DNA of 64,000 nt, from positions 4,864,001 to 4,928,000 of the forward strand of contig OY762209.1 of NCBI GenBank assembly GCA_963665295.1, read 5' to 3'. Positions 28,370 through 36,947 of this stretch are shown here, one piece after another (positions within the stretch are counted from its first letter, which is position 1; each line of letters opens with the position of its first letter). Below the pieces are notes generated by a model, which saw only the letters and a list, made by a program, of their open reading frames with translations, was not told where the DNA came from and did not search any database. This DNA is from Syntrophorhabdaceae bacterium. GTDB lineage: Bacteria; Desulfobacterota; Syntrophorhabdia; Syntrophorhabdales; Syntrophorhabdaceae. The position numbers and the translations under genes are program-made.

Positions 28370-28813
28370 ATGGGTATTCTGAAAGAAATGCTCCTATCAA
28401 AAAAGTACCTTGTCAATATCATCCTTGCCGTCCTGGCGATAGGGACCATGGTCTTTTATATGGTGTGCGCGGGGTCATGCTCGTATCTTAAAGGAGAGAT
28501 CCTGGGCCTCGATCTCAAGTACGTGGGCATCATATTCATGGCAGCGGTCATCGTGGCGAGCATCATGAAGAAGGACCTCGCCCTTCTCATCTTTCTTTCC
28601 GCAGGTATAGGAGTGGAGATGTTCCTCGTAGCCTTCCAGGTAAGAAACGATGTGTACTGCCCCTTCTGCCTCTCTTTCGGCGCCATACTCATCATTATGT
28701 TCGTCCTCAACATGGACCTCCGCAGGAAGTGGGTAGCCATCCTCTTCATAGCCCTGGGACTGGCCTCCTTTCTCCTCCTCTTCCAAGGCTCCGTAACCCC
28801 CACGTACTCGTAG
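28370..28813 (+). CDS. VKOR-like membrane thiol-disulfide protein
   Basis: several TM helices with CAGSC loop and CPFC motif. Confidence 0.6.
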   Translation: MGILKEMLLSKKYLVNIILAVLAIGTMVFYMVCAGSCSYLKGEILGLDLKYVGIIFMAAVIVASIMKKDLALLIFLSAGIGVEMFLVAFQVRNDVYCPFCLSFGAILIIMFVLNMDLRRKWVAILFIALGLASFLLLFQGSVTPTYS

Positions 28814-29038
28814 TTGCTCTACCTTTAGCAAAACCAGGAGACGAAAAGTCCCTATGCAACGCCCTGCCACGATCCACTCAGCCCGGCAACGATTAAATTC
28901 AAGTTTAATTGATTTGAAAAGGGGTGGGTCCGATGACCTGAAAAGTCACAGTAAGTGCTGACAATCTATAATCTGACAATGGGGTGGGCTGTTCGGAGAG
29001 ATGCAAGATTAAGCATAGACTAATTCATCAAAACCAAA

Positions 29039-29347
29039 TCACGGGTTTCTGTCGGCTTGACACTCAATATGCTCTTGGTACTTCTTCAGCAAGAGATGCG
29101 CGTACTCTCTCCGGACAGATTCAGACGAGGGAACATAATTCTTTTTAGCTTCCAGTCTTTTAATAATCTCTTCGGTGGTCTCCTTATTCGGCTGTCTGCC
29201 CTCAAAGAAAAGTTCGGTCAGTATTTCCGTCAAACCAGTAACGACAACCTGTATGCCGTCAGCAAACTTTAGCGAGCGTCGACTGACTGTCTGCGCGTCC
29301 GGATCGCAGACACAATGGAGGGTGCCGGTTACATTATATATTGACAT
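29039..29347 (-). CDS. hypothetical protein, paralog of 12136..12492
   Basis: AAGGAG SD; shared motif pattern. Confidence 0.65.
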   Translation of the reverse strand: MSIYNVTGTLHCVCDPDAQTVSRRSLKFADGIQVVVTGLTEILTELFFEGRQPNKETTEEIIKRLEAKKNYVPSSESVRREYAHLLLKKYQEHIECQADRNP

Positions 29348-29384
29348 ACTGCAATCTCCTTAATTGTTTCATTCAGTACACCAA

Positions 29385-29708
29385 TCATTCGACAAGACGA
29401 CCAGCCGCAATGACAGGGAGGTATAATATCCTGGGGAAATCCTCAATCCCATTGAAAAGGAAGTGGGTGGTAATCAAGGTCTTCAATACGCTTGAGGTCT
29501 CCGAACGACGGGGCATGCAAGACGTTGGGACAGAGTCAGGCAGACAGGACCGGGTTTCGCAGACGGCGTCGTAGAGCACGCCGTCCGGAAAGCTTCGTAA
29601 TGCCATGTCCACCATGAAGCCCCCGATGGCCACACCGGGAGCTTCGTCACCATGGTAGTTCTTGACAGTCTTTATGTGGCCTTCAAGCGTGGAGCACCAA
29701 ATACTCAT
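29385..29708 (-). pseudogene. FmdE-family N-terminal fragment
   Basis: YHGDEAPGVAIGGFMV...DAVCETRSCLPDSV resembles FmdE; similarity stops where QLLTPC would be expected. Confidence 0.65.
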
Positions 29709-29739
29709 ATGTATATTCCATAATCTCCTGCAAAGGTTT

Positions 29740-32421
29740 CTATACCCTTTCCAGGTTTACCGCACATGCCTTGAATTCAGGCGTTCTTGTCACAGTGTCG
29801 TAGGCATTATTGGTGAGCCAGTTGCAATTGCCTTCGCGGTAATGGAAGGTCATCCAGACCATGCCCTTTGGAACCGTATCGGTAACCCGGGCCGGAACGG
29901 TCACCTTTCCGCGCCTGGATTCCACGACAACCATGTCTCCATCTTCTATTCCCTTTTCCGTTGCGTCCGCGATGGAAATATCGGCGGTTTCCCGGCTGTA
30001 TATGAAATCCATGCCGCTTCGTCCGGTCTGTGTTCGCGTGTGGTACTGAGAAAGCCTTCTGCCGGTGCTCAAAACAAAGGGATAATCTTTGTCCGTCACT
30101 TCCTCCGGGGGAGTCCACTTGATGCCTTTGAGGATCCCCTTTCCATGGGTGAATTTCCCGTCCCGATGAACAATAGGCGTACCGGGATGATCAAGAGTGG
30201 GGCATGGCCATTGCAGCCCGTCATTCTCAATCCGGGAAAATTTTATGCCGGCGAACACGGGGCACAGCACAGCCAATTCATTGTCACAAATTTCCCGGCC
30301 GCTCCCTGACCCCCAATCATGCCCCATTTTCCTTGCGAGTTCTTTGAATATCCACCAGTTTGGTTTTGCAAGACCAGGAGGGCTTTTGATTGCCCTCACC
30401 ATGCTTACGCGCCTTTCCAGGCTTGTAAATGTTCCTTCATCTTCACACCACGACGCGGAAGGTAGAATCACATGGGCGAACCTGGTTGTTTCGTTTGGAA
30501 AAATATCCTGAACAACTAAGAACTCGGCGGAACTCAGGCACTTTTCAGCGTGGGCGATATTTGGCTCGGCATTCGCCAGATTTTCCCCGAACACCCACAG
30601 TCCCCGTACCTTTTTGTCAAGCAAAGCCTCCATCATGGCAGGTATCACCAACCCCGGTTTATCTGGAAGACCTTTAACTCCCCACGCCTTCATGAATTTT
30701 TCTCTATTCTCGGGTACGGTCACGCTCTGATAGCCGGGGAAAACAACCGGTAACGCGCCCATGTCGCACGCGCCCTGCACGTTGTTCTGTCCGCGAAGCG
30801 GGTTTACGCCGCCGAATTCAACCCCCATGTTTCCAAGCAACATCTGGAGGTTGGCGCAACTCATGACGTTGTTCGTGCCGCAGGAATGCTCCGTTATTCC
30901 CAACGTATAAATCAGCATCGACGGCTTGGTGGCAGCCATTTCCCGCGCAATTTCCACTATTTTGGCAGCAGGCACCCCGCATATTCCGGCTGCTTCTTCA
31001 GGCGGATATTCCATTACTGTCTTTTTGAGATCTTCGAACCCGGTGCAGCAGTCGGCAACGAACTTCTTGTCGTATAAATCCTCATTGATCAGGACATTCA
31101 TGAGGCCGTTCAAGAAAGCCACGTCCGAGCCGACCTTGATCTGTGCGAATATGTCGGAAAGTTGGGCCAGTTCGGTCTTTCTCGGGTCCGCGACAATCAA
31201 TTTTGCGCCATTCATTTTTGCTTGTTTTACGTAATAGGAGGCCACGGGATGAGCCTCCGTCATGTTCGTTCCGATGCAGAACAGCATCTTTGCATTTTTA
31301 TACTCCACGATGGAGTTGGTGCCCGCCCCCGACCCGAATGACGCGGCAAGGCCGGCTACCGTCGGCGCATGGCAGACCCGGGCACAATGGTCGATATTGT
31401 TTGTGTGAAAAACAGCCCTGAACAGTTTTTGCATGTTGTAAGAATCTTCGTTAATACTGCGTGCGCAACTGATACCGGCTACGGCGTCCGGACCGGATTC
31501 CTTTATTATCTCTTTAAATTTGGTGGCTATCAGTTCAAGTGCTTCGTCCCAACTCGCTTCACGAAACCCGTCAGCCTCCCTTATCAGCGGGGTGGTGAGT
31601 CTATCTTTCGAGTAAATGAAATCATAGGCGAAGCGGCCTTTCACGCACAAACGACCCTGATTTGGCAGACCGTCTTCGACTCCTGTAATTCTGACTATCT
31701 GCTCGCCCTTGACATGAAGGTTGAGCTGGCACCCTACGCCGCAATATGGGCAGGTGGTGCGGACCTTCCTGACTTCCCAGGAGCGCCCCAGGCCTTTGGA
31801 TTTCTTTTCCGTGAGCGCCCCGACCGGACAGACCTGGACGCACATGCCGCAGAAAACACAATTGCTGTCCTGCAGAGTGCCGTCAAAAGCGGTCGTTACT
31901 TTCGTGTCAAATCCACGATAGCTATTCCTGATGGCTTGAATCCCCGTGAGTTCATGGCAAGCCCGGGTGCATCTCTGGCATAGGATGCATTTGTTGTAAT
32001 CCCGGACGATGAACGGGTTGGAGGTGTCGATGGGATAACTATGCGTCTCCCCCTTTAGTTCCGGACCCGTCACCTGAAGGTCATACGCCAGACTTTGAAG
32101 CGCGCAGTCCCCTCCCTTCTCGCAGGTCAGGCAATCGAGAGGGTGACATGACAGGAGCAGTTTTACGACAAAGCGGCGGGCATCCTGAACCCGCTCGGTG
32201 TCGGTTCTTACGTTCATCCCTTCTAAAACCGGGGACGAACACGCAGCCATCAGGCCTCGTGCGCCGTCGACCTCTACCATGCACACACGGCAGGCCCCGG
32301 TAGGGGTCAGCTCCGGCATATCGCAAAGGGTCGGGATGTGAATCCCGTGTGCCCTTGCAACCTGAAGTATCGTTTGGCCCTCATTGGCCTCGCACCGTGT
32401 CCCGTTAATCGTGACGTTCAT
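29740..32421 (-). CDS. fdhF: formate dehydrogenase alpha subunit (FdhF type with N-terminal 2Fe-2S/4Fe-4S domains), Cys-containing
   Basis: IPTLC..GACRVC, CILCQRC, TTCPYCGVGC, IDHCARVCHAPT, LRGQNNVQGACDMG, PEFKACAV; AAAGGAGG SD. Confidence 0.93.
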   Translation of the reverse strand: MNVTINGTRCEANEGQTILQVARAHGIHIPTLCDMPELTPTGACRVCMVEVDGARGLMAACSSPVLEGMNVRTDTERVQDARRFVVKLLLSCHPLDCLTCEKGGDCALQSLAYDLQVTGPELKGETHSYPIDTSNPFIVRDYNKCILCQRCTRACHELTGIQAIRNSYRGFDTKVTTAFDGTLQDSNCVFCGMCVQVCPVGALTEKKSKGLGRSWEVRKVRTTCPYCGVGCQLNLHVKGEQIVRITGVEDGLPNQGRLCVKGRFAYDFIYSKDRLTTPLIREADGFREASWDEALELIATKFKEIIKESGPDAVAGISCARSINEDSYNMQKLFRAVFHTNNIDHCARVCHAPTVAGLAASFGSGAGTNSIVEYKNAKMLFCIGTNMTEAHPVASYYVKQAKMNGAKLIVADPRKTELAQLSDIFAQIKVGSDVAFLNGLMNVLINEDLYDKKFVADCCTGFEDLKKTVMEYPPEEAAGICGVPAAKIVEIAREMAATKPSMLIYTLGITEHSCGTNNVMSCANLQMLLGNMGVEFGGVNPLRGQNNVQGACDMGALPVVFPGYQSVTVPENREKFMKAWGVKGLPDKPGLVIPAMMEALLDKKVRGLWVFGENLANAEPNIAHAEKCLSSAEFLVVQDIFPNETTRFAHVILPSASWCEDEGTFTSLERRVSMVRAIKSPPGLAKPNWWIFKELARKMGHDWGSGSGREICDNELAVLCPVFAGIKFSRIENDGLQWPCPTLDHPGTPIVHRDGKFTHGKGILKGIKWTPPEEVTDKDYPFVLSTGRRLSQYHTRTQTGRSGMDFIYSRETADISIADATEKGIEDGDMVVVESRRGKVTVPARVTDTVPKGMVWMTFHYREGNCNWLTNNAYDTVTRTPEFKACAVNLERV

Positions 32422-32440
32422 TCGCAATCCTCCTTTGCTT

Positions 32441-32686
32441 TCAGCAAGATATTTCTACTACATACAAGAAAAGGGCTCCTTTGATCGTCATAATCGGCCG
32501 GGGCGTGAATACTGCCGACCCTTGCGTCGCGCCGATCACCACATCTTCGGACCTGCTGTCTTTCGAGCTTCTACTGATCTGAGAGAGAAGGATGTCCCGG
32601 CAGCCCCTTCCCAAGGTCGGTTGGAGCGCGTCATCGGACTTGATGCCAAGTCCCGAACCCGGGCACATTTGCGCGTAATCTGACAT
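32441..32686 (-). pseudogene. decayed N-terminus resembling a double-cubane cluster reductase / 2-hydroxyacyl-CoA dehydratase-family protein
   Basis: AGGAGG SD; MSDYAQM..GLGIKSDDAL...G.G.RDILLSQ.SR resembles that family's N-terminus as I recall it. Confidence 0.4.
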
Positions 32687-33427
32687 GAGACCTCCTGTGA
32701 AACTAAAGAATCCGGCCGCACATCTTCTGCGCCGGGTTCCCAGGAGGCTATTACGGTGGGTCAGGGCGGAGAAATTGCGGACACGGCCGTCAGGCGAGAC
32801 CCTACGGGTCCCCTGTGCGTTTCTCAGACCAACGAAACGAATACCGATATTTTTTGCCGCATGATTTCCTATCCTCGTTTTTGTTTACTATGTGTCAATA
32901 TACTTGCATTCATTATAGTGATTAGTCAAATATATTTTTGATATAATACCGGGCATAGGGCGAAGAAGTCTGTGTGCTTCAGCCGAAAAAGCAAATTGCC
33001 ATACCTTCTGAATTTTCTTATATAACTTTAAGGGTACCGGGGCACTACCACAGCGCGTAATGGTGAGTCCAAGGACCCGAAGACCGTCCTTTAGCGGGCC
33101 TTGCTCTTCGTGATTCGCCTGTCCATGAAAGTTGGTGAATTTTCCCGTTGGGACTATATAATGTTTACCGCCGGCGACCGTTGTTCTTTTCGCGAAACTA
33201 ATTGGAGCGGGGGTGAATAGGCGGCGGCACGTTCCAGAGGCACCATGAAGCAGCCAAAAGGTTCACCGACGCTGTATTCAGGAAAGTAAAAGAGGACTTC
33301 CCCATCAGGGCTGCACTGAAATCATCGAGCGCCCTGACCCCGTCTGCTGCAAGCGCGCCCAGGTGGCCATGACAAACGTCAGGGGCCCGGGCGATACAGT
33401 CAAGGGGCAGGTTTCACGGTAAGATTG

Positions 33428-34111
33428 TTATCTTCTTCCTTCACTATAGTGCGTTGCCGTCTGCTGCTTGCATACCCCGAAAGACGATTCCTCGCACCTC
33501 TCTCCATCGTACCAGGTAACACCTGAAAGATTGGTCCCCGATATGTTTATACCGGTAAGGTCCGCACCCGTGAGGTTGGTACCCGAAAGGTTCGCGCCGG
33601 AGAGGTCGGCGCCCGAAAGGTTCGCCCCGCGAAGGCTCACATGGTACAAGACCGCGCCGTTCATGTTTGCCCCTGAGAGGTCCGCGCCGCGCAGGATTGT
33701 ATCGGATGCCTTCACCCGAACCAATTTCGCGTGGGTCAGGTTTGTACCGGAGAGGTCGGCATAGTCGAGGACCGCACCGGAGAGGTCCGCACCGGAGAGG
33801 TCCGTCTGCGAAAACCGGGCGCCGGAGAGGTTCGCGCCGGAGAGGTTCGCTCCCGTAAGGTCGGCATTCACCATATGCGAGCCCGCAAGGTTCGCGCCTG
33901 AAAGGTCGGCACTCGAGAGGTTCGCGCCGTAAAAGCGCGCCCGGGCCAGGTTTGTGCCGGAGAGGCCCGCGTTGGTCAAATCACAGCCGGGACATTTAAA
34001 CGTGGTCTTCAGTCTTTTGAGGTCAACCGGGTCGAAGGTATGCCCGGCAGGCACAAAAAAGAGCAACGCTGCTGCAACCATGGTAATATTGGCGATTAAG
34101 GATTTCTTCAC
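33428..34111 (-). CDS. secreted pentapeptide repeat protein
   Basis: signal peptide, CPGCDL, more than 25 A(D/N)LSG-type repeats, C-terminal W.DGERCEESSFGVC; GTG start after GGGAGG. Confidence 0.9.
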   Translation of the reverse strand: MKKSLIANITMVAAALLFFVPAGHTFDPVDLKRLKTTFKCPGCDLTNAGLSGTNLARARFYGANLSSADLSGANLAGSHMVNADLTGANLSGANLSGARFSQTDLSGADLSGAVLDYADLSGTNLTHAKLVRVKASDTILRGADLSGANMNGAVLYHVSLRGANLSGADLSGANLSGTNLTGADLTGINISGTNLSGVTWYDGERCEESSFGVCKQQTATHYSEGRR

Positions 34112-34150
34112 ACCTGCACCCTCCCGGTCTTTGCTACCGGTCAATATATT

Positions 34151-34166
34151 AGCAAATCTTGTGCCG
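34151..34166 (-). promoter_or_regulatory. sigma54 promoter
   Basis: minus strand CGGCACAAGATTTGCT (GG-N10-GC) about 40 nt upstream of the pentapeptide gene. Confidence 0.65.
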
Positions 34167-34450
34167 CATAAACCTCTGTCCGTTCCGGAGGTTCCCCGAT
34201 ATACCACGCAAAAACGCCATCACAAGCCTTGGGGGAATATTCTTTGTGCCTCTCGCACCCCAATATGTTGTTTATCGGCAGCTTGGCGATAACCTTAATT
34301 ACTTCCCCCTCGTCCTCGCGCAATTGACGGTCCGGCAGCGCGGAATCCTACACAGCATATACGGCGTCGGTATCTTGACAGACAGCATAGAAAGAGAACA
34401 AAGAGGGGGCTCACGCCCCCCTGGTGGTCTTTCCGTTGTCATCGATGGGA

Positions 34451-34966
34451 TCAGTCCGTCATACCCGGGACCGCTCCTCCCGGTCCTTTGTGCGACCACC
34501 TGTCCGGAGGATACATGCCTCCTCCCATTCCAAAATGCATGGGTACGCGGTCAAGTTTCCGAATCTGTTCCGGGGTCAGGATCTTTCTCCACTGGATCTC
34601 CGTCTGAGCCCTTTTGTCGAACAGTCTCTCCCGGAGGGCATTTAATTCCCTCTGTTTCGCAAGCAGTGCCTCATCACCGGTCTTCGGGTCCGTAAAAAGG
34701 TGACCCATCTCAAGTCTCTTTCGGGCGAGATCATATCTCAGGTCCCGGGTCTCCATGAAATGACGGTTTTCCAAGTCGCTCATCTTTTCCTTCTGTTCCT
34801 TGGAGAGGTTAAGATAGGCCCCAAGCGCCGGATGGTGCCCCATATGGCCCTGGAAGCAAGGGGGGCCGGGGGGAGCAGCATCGCGCTGATCGGGCGCCGC
34901 CGCAAGGACTACCGTTACCAGACCGGTTAGGAACAACGCGAGAACGCCTAAGTACAGTTTTTTCAT
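34451..34966 (-). CDS. Spy/CpxP/ZraP-like periplasmic protein
   Basis: signal peptide, LNLSKEQKEK, ILTPEQ; AAGGAGG SD. Confidence 0.85.
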   Translation of the reverse strand: MKKLYLGVLALFLTGLVTVVLAAAPDQRDAAPPGPPCFQGHMGHHPALGAYLNLSKEQKEKMSDLENRHFMETRDLRYDLARKRLEMGHLFTDPKTGDEALLAKQRELNALRERLFDKRAQTEIQWRKILTPEQIRKLDRVPMHFGMGGGMYPPDRWSHKGPGGAVPGMTD

Positions 34967-35050
34967 ACCATCCTCCTTAAGCAGTATTTGGTGGGTCTTC
35001 AATGCCGGGTCACTCCCGGAGCGCCGTCGTGAACGGCGCATGCCCCTAGA

Positions 35051-35173
35051 TCACATGGCCGTATAGACGATATAGGTGCATATTATGGCGGCAATAACGC
35101 AGGCCGCCGCAACGATCAGTATCTCGATATTCGGGCTGCTATCCTTTTCTTTATCTTCGATCTCAACCATCAT
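35051..35173 (-). CDS. 40-aa single-TM small protein
   Basis: GGGAGAG SD; MMVEIEDKEKDSSPNIEILIVAAACVIAAIICTYIVYTAM. Confidence 0.4.
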   Translation of the reverse strand: MMVEIEDKEKDSSPNIEILIVAAACVIAAIICTYIVYTAM

Positions 35174-35516
35174 GGTCTCTCCCGGGGCCTCGTTCCCGGT
35201 TACGGGCTCCTTTCGGCATGGTCCGGCCCGTCTCCGCCACAGGGAACGCCGCCCCTTACGCCGGGTCCTTGCCATTGCCCCGTTATCTCTGAGGTTTGTG
35301 ATTTGGACCCTGTCTGATGATAGTCGAACCGTCCTCCGAAAAGGTTACACGAGGTGCGCGCCGGACCGGGGGACTCCTTTCTTTTCGCCGGGTCCGTGAC
35401 GCCGGTGCTGTAACCTTTTCACCCTACCCTCCGACTGATCAATATGGATATTCTTACCGGACCCCGAGCGGAGCCGGAGCATATATATGTCAACACCGGT
35501 CATGTTGAGTTATAAT

Positions 35517-36134
35517 ATGGCGTTTAATGTGGAAGCTGATGCTCTCAATCCGAGCGACACGGATATTGTGCGTAATATCGTTGCCGGGGATGTGAATGCC
35601 TTTGAACGTTTGGTGGAAAGGTACCAGAATCTCGTGCTGGGTATAGTAACCAAACACGTGCCTTCCGATCAGATAGAAGATACCATGCAGGATGTGTTCC
35701 TGAGGGCCTACCGGTCTTTGCCCACTTTCAGGAATGCTGGAGGTTTCAAGTCATGGCTGTCCGTCATCGCCGTAAGGACATGCCATGACTTCTGGCGTGA
35801 ACACTATAAATCCCAGGAGCTCCCCATGAGTTCCCTCACCGGACAACATCAGGAGTGGCTCGAAGCGACCTTTGCGGAGCAGTCGGCCGGGTCGCCCTAC
35901 GAACCGAACCCCGGAGACCAGGCCCGGGAGGTCCTGGACTGGGCCATGGACTTGCTGTCGCCGGCGGAAAGAATGGTGCTTGAACTGGTCTATCTTGAAG
36001 GCCGTTCAGTGAAGGAGGCTGCCGAGCTTCTCGGCTTGACCAGCGCAAACGTGAAGGTAAGGTTATTTCGCTCCCGCAGAAAACTTCAGAAGTCCTTTGC
36101 GTCGATAAAGAAGGATAGGAGGAATGAGACATGA
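35517..36134 (+). CDS. ECF RNA polymerase sigma factor
   Basis: AFERLVERY, QDVFLRAYRSL.TF, FKSWL, region 4 SVKEAAELLG...NVKVRLFRSR; start uncertain. Confidence 0.92.
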   Translation: MAFNVEADALNPSDTDIVRNIVAGDVNAFERLVERYQNLVLGIVTKHVPSDQIEDTMQDVFLRAYRSLPTFRNAGGFKSWLSVIAVRTCHDFWREHYKSQELPMSSLTGQHQEWLEATFAEQSAGSPYEPNPGDQAREVLDWAMDLLSPAERMVLELVYLEGRSVKEAAELLGLTSANVKVRLFRSRRKLQKSFASIKKDRRNET

Positions 36135-36454
36135 AAACTCCCGGTAACGAGTTTGCAAAGCTCGAAGGCATGCTGAAACGGACATATCAGAGAAGAGAAC
36201 CCCCCGAGCTTGACCCGCGATGGCGAAGCAGGTTAATGACCCGAATCCGGGAGATCGGCCCTCTTGAGGAGAAGGTCCGGTTCCTGCCCTCCTTCGAAAA
36301 ACTCGTGTGGCGCCTCGCTCCTGTGACAGTGCCACTGGTGCTTATATTGGTCTTCTTTCTTCTCAAACTTGGCCTCTGTTCCGGTCCGGATGCGCTTCAT
36401 CAACTCGTGAACAGCGTTGAAGAGTGGACCCTGGCCCAACTCCTGGCTGTGTGA
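36131..36454 (+). CDS. putative anti-sigma factor (single TM)
   Basis: ATGA overlap with ECF gene; one TM helix. Confidence 0.7.
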   Translation: MKTPGNEFAKLEGMLKRTYQRREPPELDPRWRSRLMTRIREIGPLEEKVRFLPSFEKLVWRLAPVTVPLVLILVFFLLKLGLCSGPDALHQLVNSVEEWTLAQLLAV

Positions 36455-36464
36455 GGGTGATGCA

Positions 36465-36875
36465 ATGAATGTATGGAAACTCGTAACAGGGGTAGTTCTC
36501 GTACTCCTTGTGGGCATCCTGGTCGGGTCCATAGGAACATGGTTCCTTATCAGGCACCCCCGGCCGCCCTGGCCCGGCGACCATAGAAGCAGAACAACGG
36601 AAGCGGTGGATCGACTTTCAAGGGAGCTTGATCTGACGAAGGATCAGCGGGCAGCCGTCGAAACGATCTTTACCCGCATGTCCTCAAGACTGCATGAACA
36701 TTTTCTTCAGCAAAGGCCGGAGATCGACAGAATCATCAACGACAGTTTTACGGAAATAAAGAAGGAACTGAGGGAGGACCAGAAAAAGAAACTCGATAAA
36801 GTACGGGAAAAATTCATGAAGCAGAGGGGAGGTCCACCCCCCGGCCCGCCTCCGGGGCCTGAACCGCCGCCCTGA
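36465..36875 (+). CDS. membrane-anchored periplasmic protein (LTxxQ motif)
   Basis: TM, ELDLTKDQ, L.EDQKKK, Pro-rich tail. Confidence 0.75.
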   Translation: MNVWKLVTGVVLVLLVGILVGSIGTWFLIRHPRPPWPGDHRSRTTEAVDRLSRELDLTKDQRAAVETIFTRMSSRLHEHFLQQRPEIDRIINDSFTEIKKELREDQKKKLDKVREKFMKQRGGPPPGPPPGPEPPP

Positions 36876-36947
36876 CAGGGCCGCTCCGTCCATAGGTGCC
36901 CTTCTTTCCCGACTGCAGGTCCGGGTTACGGGGAGGCCTCTCGCCGG

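Noticed and set aside
28890..28990. CTGACAAT and GGGGTGGG duplications as a possible transposon end
   Set aside because: No matching opposite end or TSD found
31340..31390. Selenocysteine recoding in FDH
   Set aside because: The catalytic codon is TGC (Cys) and the ORF is uninterrupted
32735..32830. TPP-riboswitch-like words (CTGAGA, CCTGA, GTAAT) on the minus strand
   Set aside because: Spacing and stems do not fit the TPP consensus
33520..33970. 15-bp periodic DNA repeats
   Set aside because: Fully explained by pentapeptide repeat coding
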